Positions 52,999 through 62,794 of a stretch of DNA of 64,000 nt are shown here, one piece after another. A program made the position numbers and the translations under genes. Under the pieces are notes generated by a model. The model was not told where the DNA came from. It ran no database searches and saw only the letters and a list, made by a program, of their open reading frames with translations. Within the stretch, counting starts at the first letter, position 1; every line of letters begins with the position of its first letter. Location of the stretch: contig JBKQWE010000026.1 of NCBI GenBank assembly GCA_052139675.1, positions 2,703-66,702 of the forward strand, given 5' to 3'. This DNA is from Candidatus Brocadiia bacterium (GTDB taxonomy: Bacteria > Planctomycetota > Brocadiia > CAIUPP01).

Positions 52999-54225
52999 AT
53001 GGAAGGCCGGAAGGCTGTGAAGAAGTCCGAAAACACGTTGCGGTTCGCATTCTTGAAACTTTCAAGACGTTGGATTGACTGCCTCTGCCTCGCGGTTGGA
53101 ATCGTCGCGCTCGCCACGTGCCTGCGCATCGAGCCTTTCGTCAAGATCGCGCGCATCGCACCCCGGCTGATTCGACAGCGCATCGCCGCCGTTTCCCAGA
53201 TGATGTACGGCGAGGGGTTTATCGGCGATGTGTTTCAGGACATGATCGGGTTCCGGCGGCTCTGCGAGCATCGTGATCCTTATCCGATCCTCGAACCCGC
53301 CGCCCGAGAGCTCGGGTTTGACACGCGATGGCCTCACGCGAGCACTCATCCTCCCACGGCCTTTCTCCTGGTCGCGCCGATTGCCTATATGCCCATGCCT
53401 TTGGCCGAGCAGGATTGGATCGCTTTCAGCATGGCCCTGATCTTCGTCAGCCTGCTCTGCTATCACGTGCGCTGGATGGCGGCGCTGGGGATCTCCCTTT
53501 TCTCGGGAGTTCTCTGGGGGCCGATTTTTACCTCGTTCCAGCAGATTACGCTGATCTGGCTCGCGGGAATCGCCGTCGCGTATCGCTGCCGCTTCCACCG
53601 CACATTCTGGGCCGGCGTCGGGATCGGCGCAGCCTCTCTCACCAAGCTCGTTCCGCTGGGCATTCTGGCGTACTTCCTGTTCATGCGGAAGTACCGCGCG
53701 GCGATCGGGGCGGCGATCGTCTGGATCGGCGCTCTGGCCGTTCTGCTCGCGCTGCAGCCGGGAGTGTTCGCCCGCTACCTGGAAATGAACCGGCAGAACC
53801 TGTGGACGCAAATCATGCGGCGGGACAACGTCTCGGTCTTCGCGCGCGCCTACGATCTTCTGGGCGGTTTTGGCCTCGCGGCGCTCCTGGCTTACGCCGG
53901 CTTCCTGGTCTGGCGGAATCGAAAGGCCATTTTCGTCCCGGCGCAATCCCCCGATTATTCTTTCTTCTTCTACAGTTTCGTGGCGGTGATGGTCCTTCCT
54001 CTCTGTTGGAGTTTCTCGCTGGCGCCTCTGCTGCCGGTCCTGGGATATTTCCTTTTACGCGGCCGCAGGCCTCATAAGATCGTCTCCGCCGTTTGCCTTT
54101 CAGCTCTAGCGGCATTGCCCACCTACACACAGCCGTTGCTGACTTCCGCCGTACTCCTGCTGTCCAGCGCGTTGTTCTGCCTGGAACAGCCGGGTCCAGG
54201 CGCAGCCACGCAGCACCCGGCGTGA
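52999..54225 (+). CDS. polytopic membrane protein (possibly GT-C / DUF2029-like glycosyltransferase)
   Basis: More than 9 predicted transmembrane segments with short loops. TTGTGGTAAAC promoter-like motif 30-40 nt upstream. Family assignment tentative. Confidence 0.4.
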   Translation: MEGRKAVKKSENTLRFAFLKLSRRWIDCLCLAVGIVALATCLRIEPFVKIARIAPRLIRQRIAAVSQMMYGEGFIGDVFQDMIGFRRLCEHRDPYPILEPAARELGFDTRWPHASTHPPTAFLLVAPIAYMPMPLAEQDWIAFSMALIFVSLLCYHVRWMAALGISLFSGVLWGPIFTSFQQITLIWLAGIAVAYRCRFHRTFWAGVGIGAASLTKLVPLGILAYFLFMRKYRAAIGAAIVWIGALAVLLALQPGVFARYLEMNRQNLWTQIMRRDNVSVFARAYDLLGGFGLAALLAYAGFLVWRNRKAIFVPAQSPDYSFFFYSFVAVMVLPLCWSFSLAPLLPVLGYFLLRGRRPHKIVSAVCLSALAALPTYTQPLLTSAVLLLSSALFCLEQPGPGAATQHPA

Positions 54226-54276
54226 GCGGCCGGCGCGCAGCGCGTCGCGCGCGGTCGGTCGCTCCTGTGAACCTTT

Positions 54277-54882
54277 TCAGGCGGTTCCGGGCCTGCGGGG
54301 AAGAAGGTTGCGTCCCAGATTGACGGCGGAGAATGCGCCGAGGACAAGCGCGAACGTCAACGAACCGGCGACGTGCGAAGCCCATCGTTCCCGGCCGAGT
54401 TCGCGGGAGGTCTTGACCTCGCGATTCGCTGCGAACTGGTCACTCTCGACGATCCGCTCATTGGGCGACGAGGAGAAGAACGTATCCGGATCGCTGCGCA
54501 GCGTGGGCGCAAGGAACGCGCACGCGATGACCGCCACGAGAACGAGGGCCGCGACGTGCTTGGCCACCTGCCACGCAAACGCGCCCTTCGGATGGAATCG
54601 GTCGAGGCAGGCGGCTGCGATCAACCCCAGCAGACCGGCGCCCAAACCGGCCCCCAGCGCCCCGCCTTCGCGCAGGCGCAGCATGACCACTGCCTGGCTG
54701 ACAATGAAGGCCGAAGCCCACAGCGCCATGATCCACAAGGGGCGCCACGAGAACCGAATCCACGGACGATCCATTTGAGCCCTCGATTCCAGAATGTCAG
54801 TGTTCGGCACATTCTGACGAGAGAGGCCGCTGCCGTCAAGGATTTTTCGGCGTTCCGCCGAAGGCTCGTTTGACAGCGACAA
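54277..54882 (-). CDS. hypothetical membrane protein
   Basis: ORF with about 4 hydrophobic segments. No homology recognised. Start uncertain. Confidence 0.3.
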   Translation of the reverse strand: MSLSNEPSAERRKILDGSGLSRQNVPNTDILESRAQMDRPWIRFSWRPLWIMALWASAFIVSQAVVMLRLREGGALGAGLGAGLLGLIAAACLDRFHPKGAFAWQVAKHVAALVLVAVIACAFLAPTLRSDPDTFFSSSPNERIVESDQFAANREVKTSRELGRERWASHVAGSLTFALVLGAFSAVNLGRNLLPRRPGTA

Positions 54883-54979
54883 CGGGAGTGTCTAATCTCA
54901 TGCCTCAAAGCCGACCGTCCTTCGGAGGACGGTCAAATGGGAAATCCAGGTAATTCGTTGGGCCAGTTCGGAAGGACAT

Positions 54980-57844
54980 GTGATGAAGAAGCTCTTGCGG
55001 TCGGCGGCGCTGGTTTCGGCTGTGCTGGTCATCGCGGCCTCAGCGCGGGCCGAGGAAAAGAAGGTCACGTTCGATAACAAGGAAGCCATCGCCGGGTGGA
55101 CGGTGTCCGGCGACGTGGCGGTTGACGCGGCGAAGACGCGCCCGGACGGCGCGGGCGGGTCGCTCAAGATCGGCCCGGGCGGCAAGGCCGTCTGGAAGCT
55201 CGGCGACGCCGACCTTTCGGGCAAAGTGGAGTTCTGGGTTTACGAGGACGGCAAGGCGCCGGCGGACCCGAAGGCGCACGGCTACGGGTCGCTCTGGGGC
55301 GTCATGACGGCGGACGGCCACGCCCTGGTCAGCGGGGCGATCTATGCTCCGTACCTGGGCGGCGACACGACGTACGCCGTGGGCGAGTTCAATCCGGCGA
55401 AGGCGGGCGACCTGCCCTCGCTCAAGTGCCAATACCTCGGGCTGGACCGCGCGGTCGGCTGGCACAAGTGGACGTTCGACATGGACGCCGATACGGGCCT
55501 GACGATCCTGGTGGACGACAAGGATGTGAACGGGACGACGCCCAAGTCGCGGTTCGACTGGAACAAGACGGATCTTCCGGGAATCGCGGCCATCATTTTC
55601 ATGGGCGACGCGACCAAGGACGCCGCGCAGACTCTGTGGGTCAACGGCCTGACCGTGGCCCAGGGCCCGGCGATGACGGCCAGGCTGGCGCCGCCTCCGC
55701 CGCCGCCGCCGTTCCTGCCGGAGAAGGATCCCGCCGCGGCGGAAGGGCCGGCGGTCAAGTACGTCGCTGCCTTGGCCAACCAGCATCCGCGGCTGCTGTT
55801 CACCGCCGACCGGATTGCGCAGCTCAAGGCGTTTTACAACAGCCCGCAGGGCAAGACCTACCGGCAGGAGATGGAAGGATACATGGCCGGATGCACGGTG
55901 CCGGCGGACCGCAAGACGAGCCCGGCCTGGGGACAGGAGTACGGCCTGTTCAAGATGCCGATGGTCGCTCTGCACTATGTGCTGACCAAGGACCCCGATT
56001 CATTCCAGAAGTCGGTGGCGTACCTGAAATGGCTTGCCGGGACGGCCGATTGGACCGAGGGCGGCGAGCCGGCCGTGGAAGACACGCCGGAAGCCTACGC
56101 GAAAGTCATGGAGAAGTTGAAGGCGCTGGGACCTTACGACGAGCGGAACAGCGACACGACCGCTTCGTTCTGCATGGTCGGCGCGTCGCTCACCTGGGAC
56201 TGGCTGTACAACGACCTGGACCCGGCGTTCCGGGAGATGTTCCGGCAGGTGCTCTGGGAGCACGCCCGCGTGATGTACTACGGCGGCCACAAGGGCGGCA
56301 ATCCCGAGGGCGGCTATTGGCGCGGCGTGCCGGCGTATAATCACCGCTGGTTCCGCGACTGGGGCCTGACGCTGGCGGCGCTCGGCGCGGGCGAGGGCAA
56401 ACCGGAGCAACAGTGGCTGCTCAGCGAAGTGGAGAAGGAACTCAAGTTCATGGCGGCGTGGCTGCCGGTGGACGGCAGCCAGCACGAAGGCCCGGGTTAC
56501 GGCTCCAGCGCGGGCGCGCTGGGAATGGCCTTCGAGGTCTCGGACGATTTGAGCGGGACGCATTACCTCGACACGCCGTTCTTCAAGAGCGTCGCGGAAT
56601 ACACGATGGAGACCTCGGCGCCGGGCATGGAGGAGTCGCTCTACTTCGCCGATTGCTGGACCAAGGAACTCGGCATGAATTCGTTCTTCCTGAAAACCGC
56701 CGCGGCGCACAAACAGGCCGACGTCATGGACGGCATCCGGCATGCCCTCCAGCTCCACGCGAAGGATTGGGGCACGGAGGATTCCGCCTGGGAGCCGCTG
56801 ATCTACGATGATTCGAACATCAAAGGCGGGCGCTACGCCAACCTGCCGAAGTCGGCGTTCCTGCCGGACCTGGGGATCTCCATCAGTCGCGATTCCTGGC
56901 AGGACAAGGCCGTGGCCGCGATGTTCAAGTGCGGGCCGATGGGCGGCTACAAATCCAACTCCTGGCGCCCGACCCATATGGACGGTCAGAACCTGCCCTA
57001 CCTGAACGTGGCGCACGACCATCCCGATGCGAACTCCTTCATCGTCCTGGGCGACGGCGAGTACCTGGCCGAGACGGACCGCTATTGTGAGCAGCCGGGC
57101 AAGCTCTCCTCGAGCATCAATACGATCCTGATCAACGGCATCGGCCAGGCCGCGGACGGGCGGCCCGAAGGGGACACCTGGCAGCAACCCGGCGGCGCCG
57201 ACATGACCGAGCAGGGCAAGATCACCGCTTACAAGGACGCCGGCGACGTCGTGGTGACCGAAGGCGAGGCGGCCGGATCGTACCTGGCCTACGGCGAGCC
57301 CGGGGCCAGGAAGAGTCGCCCGGCGCTGGACCGTTTCCGCCGGACGTTCATCTGGGTCAAGGGCGGCTACATTCTGACGTTCGACGACATCCGTTCGTCC
57401 AAGCCGGTCGAGATCACCTGGCTCATCCAGGGCGCCAAGCTTCAGCCGGTGAGCGCGGCCGAGGGACGGTATAAGCTGGCCAAGGGCCAGGCCCAGTGCG
57501 AGTTCCAGCTTGTGGCGGACGTGCCGCTCCAGTCGAAGATCGGCGTCTCGACCGCCAACGATCACAGCAAACTGATGAACTGGCAGCAGCTCCAGGCCAG
57601 CGCCGAAGGGACCGCCGCGCGGTACGCCTGCGTTATTGACCCGTGGCACAAGAACGTGAAGGTGACCCTGACGCCCGACGGACCGGACAAGGCGACCCTC
57701 ACGGTCAGCGGCCCGGGCATCGCCGACACGTGGCAATGGCAGGCGGGCAAGGGCAAGTTCGAGGCGGCCACCTGGCACGGCTCGCGCCGCGGCGGGTTCG
57801 ACATTACGGTGGACGCCAAAACGGCTGTGCCGCCGTCGCCGTAA
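54980..57844 (+). CDS. secreted heparinase II/III-like (alpha/alpha-toroid + beta-sandwich) polysaccharide-lyase-family protein with N-terminal lectin/LamG-like module
   Basis: Signal peptide (MMKKLLRSAALVSAVLVIAASARA). N-terminal beta-sandwich, proline linker (PPPPPPP), large toroid-like middle domain, and C-terminal beta-sheet domain. Family call by architecture only. Confidence 0.45.
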   Translation: MMKKLLRSAALVSAVLVIAASARAEEKKVTFDNKEAIAGWTVSGDVAVDAAKTRPDGAGGSLKIGPGGKAVWKLGDADLSGKVEFWVYEDGKAPADPKAHGYGSLWGVMTADGHALVSGAIYAPYLGGDTTYAVGEFNPAKAGDLPSLKCQYLGLDRAVGWHKWTFDMDADTGLTILVDDKDVNGTTPKSRFDWNKTDLPGIAAIIFMGDATKDAAQTLWVNGLTVAQGPAMTARLAPPPPPPPFLPEKDPAAAEGPAVKYVAALANQHPRLLFTADRIAQLKAFYNSPQGKTYRQEMEGYMAGCTVPADRKTSPAWGQEYGLFKMPMVALHYVLTKDPDSFQKSVAYLKWLAGTADWTEGGEPAVEDTPEAYAKVMEKLKALGPYDERNSDTTASFCMVGASLTWDWLYNDLDPAFREMFRQVLWEHARVMYYGGHKGGNPEGGYWRGVPAYNHRWFRDWGLTLAALGAGEGKPEQQWLLSEVEKELKFMAAWLPVDGSQHEGPGYGSSAGALGMAFEVSDDLSGTHYLDTPFFKSVAEYTMETSAPGMEESLYFADCWTKELGMNSFFLKTAAAHKQADVMDGIRHALQLHAKDWGTEDSAWEPLIYDDSNIKGGRYANLPKSAFLPDLGISISRDSWQDKAVAAMFKCGPMGGYKSNSWRPTHMDGQNLPYLNVAHDHPDANSFIVLGDGEYLAETDRYCEQPGKLSSSINTILINGIGQAADGRPEGDTWQQPGGADMTEQGKITAYKDAGDVVVTEGEAAGSYLAYGEPGARKSRPALDRFRRTFIWVKGGYILTFDDIRSSKPVEITWLIQGAKLQPVSAAEGRYKLAKGQAQCEFQLVADVPLQSKIGVSTANDHSKLMNWQQLQASAEGTAARYACVIDPWHKNVKVTLTPDGPDKATLTVSGPGIADTWQWQAGKGKFEAATWHGSRRGGFDITVDAKTAVPPSP

Positions 57845-57979
57845 TGCGGGCGGCAAGGCGTACCCAGAATTCCCCGGTCGTGATCGCAAGCATCCGCGAA
57901 ATATCGGCTCAGAACATGATGCGAAGGATCCTTCTGGGGTCCGCCTGACTCGGATACAAAAACTCCAGTGAGGTAGAGT

Positions 57980-59068
57980 ATGAGCGGATTCTCCGCTACC
58001 AGACTGCAGATCTTGACCCTAGCCACACTGGTCCTCTTCGCCGTCGGCTGCGCTCGCGACAGGAAAGGCCCCGGCGAGAGCGTTTTGAGCGCGATGCCGG
58101 CCGGCCAGGCCGTCGCCTCGCAGGAGCAGGAGATCACCCCGTTGGATTTCGGCGCCGTCGGCGACGGCAAAGCCGACGACACGCAGCCGCTGCAGGCTGC
58201 CGTGGATGCGGCCATCTCGAAGAAGATCAAGCTGACCTCGCCCATGTCCGCCGTTTATGCGATCAAGGCTCCCATCCAGGTGCGTAGCACACTCAACGCC
58301 GATTTCCAAATGGCCGAGATCCGGGCGGCCGCCCCGATGGAAGCCCTCCTGCGGTATGAAACCTGGGACCGCTACACCCTGATCCAAAATCTCCGCCTCG
58401 ACGGGAACCTGATGGCCGACACCTGTCTCGACATCGTTGTCGGAAGCAAGATGCGGGTGGACAATCTGATCACAGGCCGCCATCGCAAGATCGCGTTGAA
58501 GATCGCAAAAGGAAATGAGATCTTCGTGCAGAACTCCCACATCAATGCGGCGACACCCGAGGACAACAGCGCCGAGTCCGCCGAGGACACCGTCGGGATA
58601 GATATCGCCACTTCGGACTGCCACTTCTCCGACATCGTGATCATTGACTGCAAGACGGCGATTATCAACCGCGGGCTCAACTACTACAGCCGCATCCACG
58701 CCTGGACCTTCAAGCCGGAGATCATAAAGGACTCCGTCTTCTTCGATCTCTGGCGGGACTGCATCATCTCCGAAAGCTTTGCCGACACCTTCTACATCTG
58801 CTTCCGGCTGCGCCGGCCGGGAATCGGGTGCAAGATCATCGGCTGCACCTCGTACTACAACGAGGAATTCTACCGGGCCGACCGAGGGCATGTGGCGCCC
58901 TACCTCTTCTGGGTGGACGAGGGCGACGGCCGGGGCACCGCCATGCAGTCGTCCGTAATGCTGGCCCCCAAAGCCATGGACGGGCACTACGCCAACATCG
59001 CAAACTGCGCCGTCTATACCGACGGCTCGACCAGTTTTTCCCGCTGGCAGGGCGCGCCCGAGCATTGA
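57980..59068 (+). CDS. lipoprotein, right-handed beta-helix 'pectate lyase superfamily' (PF12708 / GH28-GH55-like) protein
   Basis: Lipobox LFAVGC. Signature ITPLDFGAVGDGKADDTQPLQAAVDAA. Confidence 0.65.
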   Translation: MSGFSATRLQILTLATLVLFAVGCARDRKGPGESVLSAMPAGQAVASQEQEITPLDFGAVGDGKADDTQPLQAAVDAAISKKIKLTSPMSAVYAIKAPIQVRSTLNADFQMAEIRAAAPMEALLRYETWDRYTLIQNLRLDGNLMADTCLDIVVGSKMRVDNLITGRHRKIALKIAKGNEIFVQNSHINAATPEDNSAESAEDTVGIDIATSDCHFSDIVIIDCKTAIINRGLNYYSRIHAWTFKPEIIKDSVFFDLWRDCIISESFADTFYICFRLRRPGIGCKIIGCTSYYNEEFYRADRGHVAPYLFWVDEGDGRGTAMQSSVMLAPKAMDGHYANIANCAVYTDGSTSFSRWQGAPEH

Positions 59069-59294
59069 GGGCTGCGGCCGGCTGCGACGATAGCAGCACA
59101 AGATAAGTCGTGTGCCCCGGAACTCCCGAATGGTTCGGCCCGTTCCGTGTTCGGGGACAGGGCCTTGACAACACTCTCCCATCGGCGGAGATGTAACGGC
59201 CTTTCCTGCGGACGCGAAGGCGGACCTGGCGAAGGCGGAGGCTACTGTGGTGAGCCTAGTCACGGCCGGGAAAAAGGCGGTGTAGCTAGATTGG

Positions 59295-59324
59295 AGCGGG
59301 GCGGCAGATTATCGCCGCCCCGCT
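59295..59324 (+). terminator. perfect 11-bp GC-rich hairpin (AGCGGGGCGGC-agattatc-GCCGCCCCGCT) followed by AATATTT; candidate intrinsic terminator
   Basis: Only the + strand has a U-rich tail after the hairpin. About 225 nt downstream of the 59068 stop. Confidence 0.3.
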
Positions 59325-59474
59325 AATATTTCCGAGAGGGTTCAGCCTTTACTTGATCTCCGATGGCGACCGCAGTCATAGGTCGCGCATCCGGCATCTC
59401 ACGCCTACTTCCCGAATCTTCGTTCAGATCACTGAGAAAGAAGGCAAAGAAGCACCAGCACGAAGTCTAAATCC

Positions 59475-59888
59475 TCATTTCTCGTCCTCGATTCCTTCTT
59501 TTCGCTTCCAGCGACGATTCAGGAAGAAGGCTATTCCTATGGCTATTCCCAGTCCAGGTAAAACGCCAAGCAGGAACGCGGCCATACCAACGACGGAATG
59601 CATTTGTCCCATGATGAACTGCCCTGCGAAGCATCCGATGATTACGCCGATGCTGACACCCAACCATCTCCTCTTGAAACCATAGTCCAAGCCCCCGTTC
59701 ATTGCGAATGCAATGAACGTGTAGAACGAGCCGAGGGCGAAGATGGCTAGAATATCCCAGTATTCCCGGACGTGCTGCTTGAGAATGAACTGGCGATAAT
59801 AAAGAGAAATCATCATTGAAATGAACAAAATAAAGTAACCTCTTGCTGCAATACGGTTGATGGTGTTCTGAATGCGTTCATCCTGCAT
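59475..59888 (-). CDS. small 4-TM membrane protein partnered with an XRE regulator (DUF2975-like module?)
   Basis: 137 aa, four hydrophobic helices, low G+C. 11-nt overlap with the upstream HTH gene. Confidence 0.55.
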   Translation of the reverse strand: MQDERIQNTINRIAARGYFILFISMMISLYYRQFILKQHVREYWDILAIFALGSFYTFIAFAMNGGLDYGFKRRWLGVSIGVIIGCFAGQFIMGQMHSVVGMAAFLLGVLPGLGIAIGIAFFLNRRWKRKEGIEDEK

Positions 59889-60090
59889 GTTCGGATTCCT
59901 CCCAGAAAAGGTCGTTCAGGGTCTTGCCGAGCGCCTTGGCGATTGCGATGCAAAGATTCAAGGTGGGATTGTACCCGCCGTTTTCGATCAAGCCGATGGT
60001 TTGGCGTGTGACGCCGGCTTTTTCGGCGAGTTCGGCCTGCGTGAGGTTGTGCTCAACTCTGGCCAACTTCAATTTGATTCTTTGGTTCAC
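59878..60090 (-). CDS. XRE-family helix-turn-helix transcriptional regulator (Cro/cI-like, 70 aa)
   Basis: LTQAELAEKAGVTRQTIGLIENGGYNPTLNLCIAIAKALG is a canonical HTH_3 motif. Confidence 0.8.
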   Translation of the reverse strand: MNQRIKLKLARVEHNLTQAELAEKAGVTRQTIGLIENGGYNPTLNLCIAIAKALGKTLNDLFWEESEHAG

Positions 60091-60424
60091 TTTGACTCCT
60101 TATTAGAAGGTTATTTAGCATTATGCAAGGTATATATTGCGGAATATAATATATATCTGTCATATTGTCAAGGATATTCTTTGCTGCAAAACGCGGCTTA
60201 TTACGTAAGCACTTATCTTGAAGTGCTTTGCAATCATGCTTTTTTCAGAAATTACCGAATATTTCTCGAATTCAATCGAATGGCAGCATCGAGAGCATGG
60301 TAACTGCTGTGAAAGAGACGGGCTAGCCAGATTCGGCCTCGTTTTCACCGGCGTGGCAGTACAGTGGTCAGTAGGCCATTTTCAGATTTCGTAACTCTCG
60401 ACGCCACAGACACTAACGAATGGC

Positions 60425-60476
60425 GGCGCTCAGACTGGGGGTCTGGCGGTCGCGGGTTCAAGTCTCGCCGGCAACC
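60425..60476 (+). pseudogene. tRNA-Pro(GGG) 3' fragment (D-stem 3' half, anticodon arm TCAGA-CTGGGGG-TCTGG, variable loop, T-arm GCGGG-TTCAAGT-CTCGC, acceptor 3' strand CGGCAAC + discriminator C); no 5' acceptor strand present
   Basis: T-loop GTTCAAGTC, U33 and G37 flanking a GGG anticodon. The complementary GTTGCCG is absent within 120 nt upstream, so this is a partial tRNA copy (possible integrative-element att remnant). Confidence 0.45.
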
Positions 60477-60559
60477 TCTTACGCCGAAAGACATTACCGG
60501 CCGAATCATATCGTGGCCGGCACCGGGCGTCAACGGAAAAGTCGTGCCGCAACGGCTGC

Positions 60560-61432
60560 TTGCAAGGTCGGCAGGTGATGGATATAATCCAACGGGTTTT
60601 CGGCGGCCTTGCCCGTCGCAGGGACCTCGCTTCCATCATCGCGTCCGGATCGGAGCACGGCGTGCGCCCATCACCGATGATCTACTATCGCGACCTGGTC
60701 TGGGTCCTCGTCGCGAAGGAACTGAAGCTCCGCTACCGGAACACGGTCCTGGGGTACGCGTGGTCCGTGCTCAATCCGCTGGCGTTCGCCATGGTGTTCT
60801 TCGTCGTCTTCAAGATATTCATGCGCATTCCGGTTCCGAACTACACCCTCTACCTGATCACGGGCCTGTTCCCCTGGCAATGGTTTGCGAACTCCGTCAC
60901 GGCCTCGAACTACTTCTTTCTCGACAACAGTTCCCTCATCAAGAAGGTGAAGTTCCCGAGGTATTTCCTGGTCGTTGCGGGCGTCCTGAACGACCTGATT
61001 CACTTCGCCTTCTCGATCGCGGTGATCGTCGTCTTCATGATCTTCTATCACAAGGTCCCGGCGCTGAACTGGATCGTGCTGCTGCCTTTCCTGGTGCTGG
61101 TGCAGTTCCTGCTCACGATGGGGATCGCGCTCTTCGTGTCCAGCTGCAACTTGTTCTTCCGAGACTTGGAGAGGCTCGCGGGGGTCGTGGTCATGCTTTG
61201 GTTCTACGCGACGCCGGTGATCTATCCGGTGGACATGATTCCGCAAAGACTCAAATGGGCGACCTTCGCCAATCCGATGGCCCCGCTGATCATCTGCTGG
61301 CGAAGCCTCTTCATGGGAACCCCTTTATCGTTTTTCTACCTCGGGCAGGCTGCGGCGTGGGCCGTGCTGATTTTCATGGTCGGCCTTCAGGTCTATAAGT
61401 CCCTCGAGTGGAGGTTCGCCGAGATTGTCTAG
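60560..61432 (+). CDS. ABC-2 type polysaccharide/teichoic-acid exporter permease (Wzm/KpsM/TagG family)
   Basis: Six transmembrane helices. ABC-2 signature region LGYAWSVLNPL...LFPWQWFANS. Confidence 0.8.
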   Translation: MQGRQVMDIIQRVFGGLARRRDLASIIASGSEHGVRPSPMIYYRDLVWVLVAKELKLRYRNTVLGYAWSVLNPLAFAMVFFVVFKIFMRIPVPNYTLYLITGLFPWQWFANSVTASNYFFLDNSSLIKKVKFPRYFLVVAGVLNDLIHFAFSIAVIVVFMIFYHKVPALNWIVLLPFLVLVQFLLTMGIALFVSSCNLFFRDLERLAGVVVMLWFYATPVIYPVDMIPQRLKWATFANPMAPLIICWRSLFMGTPLSFFYLGQAAAWAVLIFMVGLQVYKSLEWRFAEIV

Positions 61433-62180
61433 CGACGCGGCTGTCCGCTTCCACGAGGTCACCAAGTATTACCCGGCGAGCAATATCGCTTCCCACGGCG
61501 TCAAGCAACTGATCCTCCATCTCCCGCGATACATCGCGACGCGCTCCCGAAGGAAGCCGTTCTGCGCGCTCGCCGACGTGTCCTTCGAAGTCCGCCGCGG
61601 CGAATCCTTCGGGATCATCGGCCGGAACGGTTCGGGCAAGAGCACCACCCTGGGCCTGATCGCGGGCGTGCTGAGGCCGAGCCAGGGCACGGTGGAGACG
61701 CAGGGCAAGATCGCGCCGCTCCTGGAACTCGGAGCGGGCTTTCACCGGCAGCTCTCCGGCCGGGATAACATCGTCCTGAACGGGATATTGCTCGGGCTGA
61801 CGCGGGAACGCGTCATGCGGCATATGGACCAGATCATCGCGTTCTCGGAGTTGGAGAGTTTCATTGACCAGCCGCTGCGCACCTATTCCACCGGAATGGT
61901 GGCGCGGCTGGGCTTCTCGGTCGCGGTGCACCTCGAGCCGGATATGCTCCTGGTGGACGAGGTGCTGGCCGTGGGAGACGAGGCGTTTCAGGCGAAGTGC
62001 CTGAAGAAGATGGCGGAGTTCAGGGCCCAAAACGTGACCATGGTCTTTGTGACTCACACCCTGACGGATGTCGAGAAGGTCTGCGACCGCGCCATGTTCC
62101 TGGTCGCCGGGCGCGTCCAGGACATCGGGAAGCCGCAGGAGGTCGTCCGCGAATACCGGAAACAGATGGCTCAGCGATAA
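61425..62180 (+). CDS. ABC transporter ATP-binding protein (Wzt/KpsT/TagH-like)
   Basis: Walker A GRNGSGKSTT, signature LSGRDN-like, Walker B LLVDEVLAVGD. 8-nt overlap with the permease. Confidence 0.85.
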   Translation: MSSDAAVRFHEVTKYYPASNIASHGVKQLILHLPRYIATRSRRKPFCALADVSFEVRRGESFGIIGRNGSGKSTTLGLIAGVLRPSQGTVETQGKIAPLLELGAGFHRQLSGRDNIVLNGILLGLTRERVMRHMDQIIAFSELESFIDQPLRTYSTGMVARLGFSVAVHLEPDMLLVDEVLAVGDEAFQAKCLKKMAEFRAQNVTMVFVTHTLTDVEKVCDRAMFLVAGRVQDIGKPQEVVREYRKQMAQR

Positions 62181-62343
62181 GAGGCGCTGAAAGAGCTGCG
62201 CCTGACCGAATGGGTTTGTCAGAACGTCGAGCCGTCAGCCGTCATGCTGGATGTCGGAGCAGGGACCGGCCAAAGCGGCAAACTGCTGCGGACCACGGAA
62301 GGAGGCAGTCCTAGTGTGGTGTTTCACCTAGAGCTGGTTTCAC

Positions 62344-62437
62344 AACCTCGTAATCGTAATCGTAATCTTACTCCTAATCGGCCTTCATTTGGCCGTAACA
62401 GCAAACGGCGATTACGATTAGGATTACGATTACGAAC
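62344..62437. repeat. A/T-rich imperfect inverted repeat containing tandem CGTAAT hexamers ((CGTAAT)3 ... (ATTACG) arms, ~27-nt arms, ~28-nt loop)
   Basis: tcgtaatcgtaatcgtaatcttactcctaatcg ... cgattacgattaggattacgattacga. Low G+C, intergenic. Confidence 0.5.
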
Positions 62438-62518
62438 ACGGATGTCGCTAAGCACCCTGCATCGGTTATGAAATAGGCTCTAGTATCGTGTTCCGGAAGT
62501 AACACGCATAAGTCCAGA

Positions 62519-62642
62519 CGGTGTCACCCTGAGCGCAGCGAAGGGTCTCATACCATAAACCGTTGCAGCGCGCCGCGTGTGAGATTCCTCGCCGTTCGGC
62601 CCTGAGCTCACGGCCGAAGGGCTACGCTCGGAATGACCGCGT
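62519..62642 (-). repeat. palindromic repeat element, copy C (inverted orientation, with an internal ~30-nt nested hairpin insertion)
   Basis: Arms caccctgagcgcagcgaagggtctcatacca and ...gagattcctcgcc[gttcggccctgagctcacggccgaagggc]tacgctcggaatgac are reverse complements of the copy A/B arms. Confidence 0.5.
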
Positions 62643-62794
62643 ATAACGGAACTTATTTCTGAAACGCCGCACTAGCGAAGGGCACATACAGGCGGACCTT
62701 GCGCGCGAGATCATGAAGAAGCGTTACCCATGTTGACGGAACTTGCCCCCACAACGCCCGTTGCGGCGCCGACCTCTTAAACGGGAATTTCCCG

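Noticed and set aside
60393-60476. A complete tRNA gene or a tmRNA 3' end at this locus
   Set aside because: No sequence complementary to the acceptor 3' strand (GTTGCCG) exists within 120 nt upstream. The D-stem partner would require a 19-nt D-loop. The upstream ~350 nt are A/T-rich with no tag-peptide ORF or tmRNA pseudoknot pattern. It is kept only as a tRNA-Pro 3' fragment.
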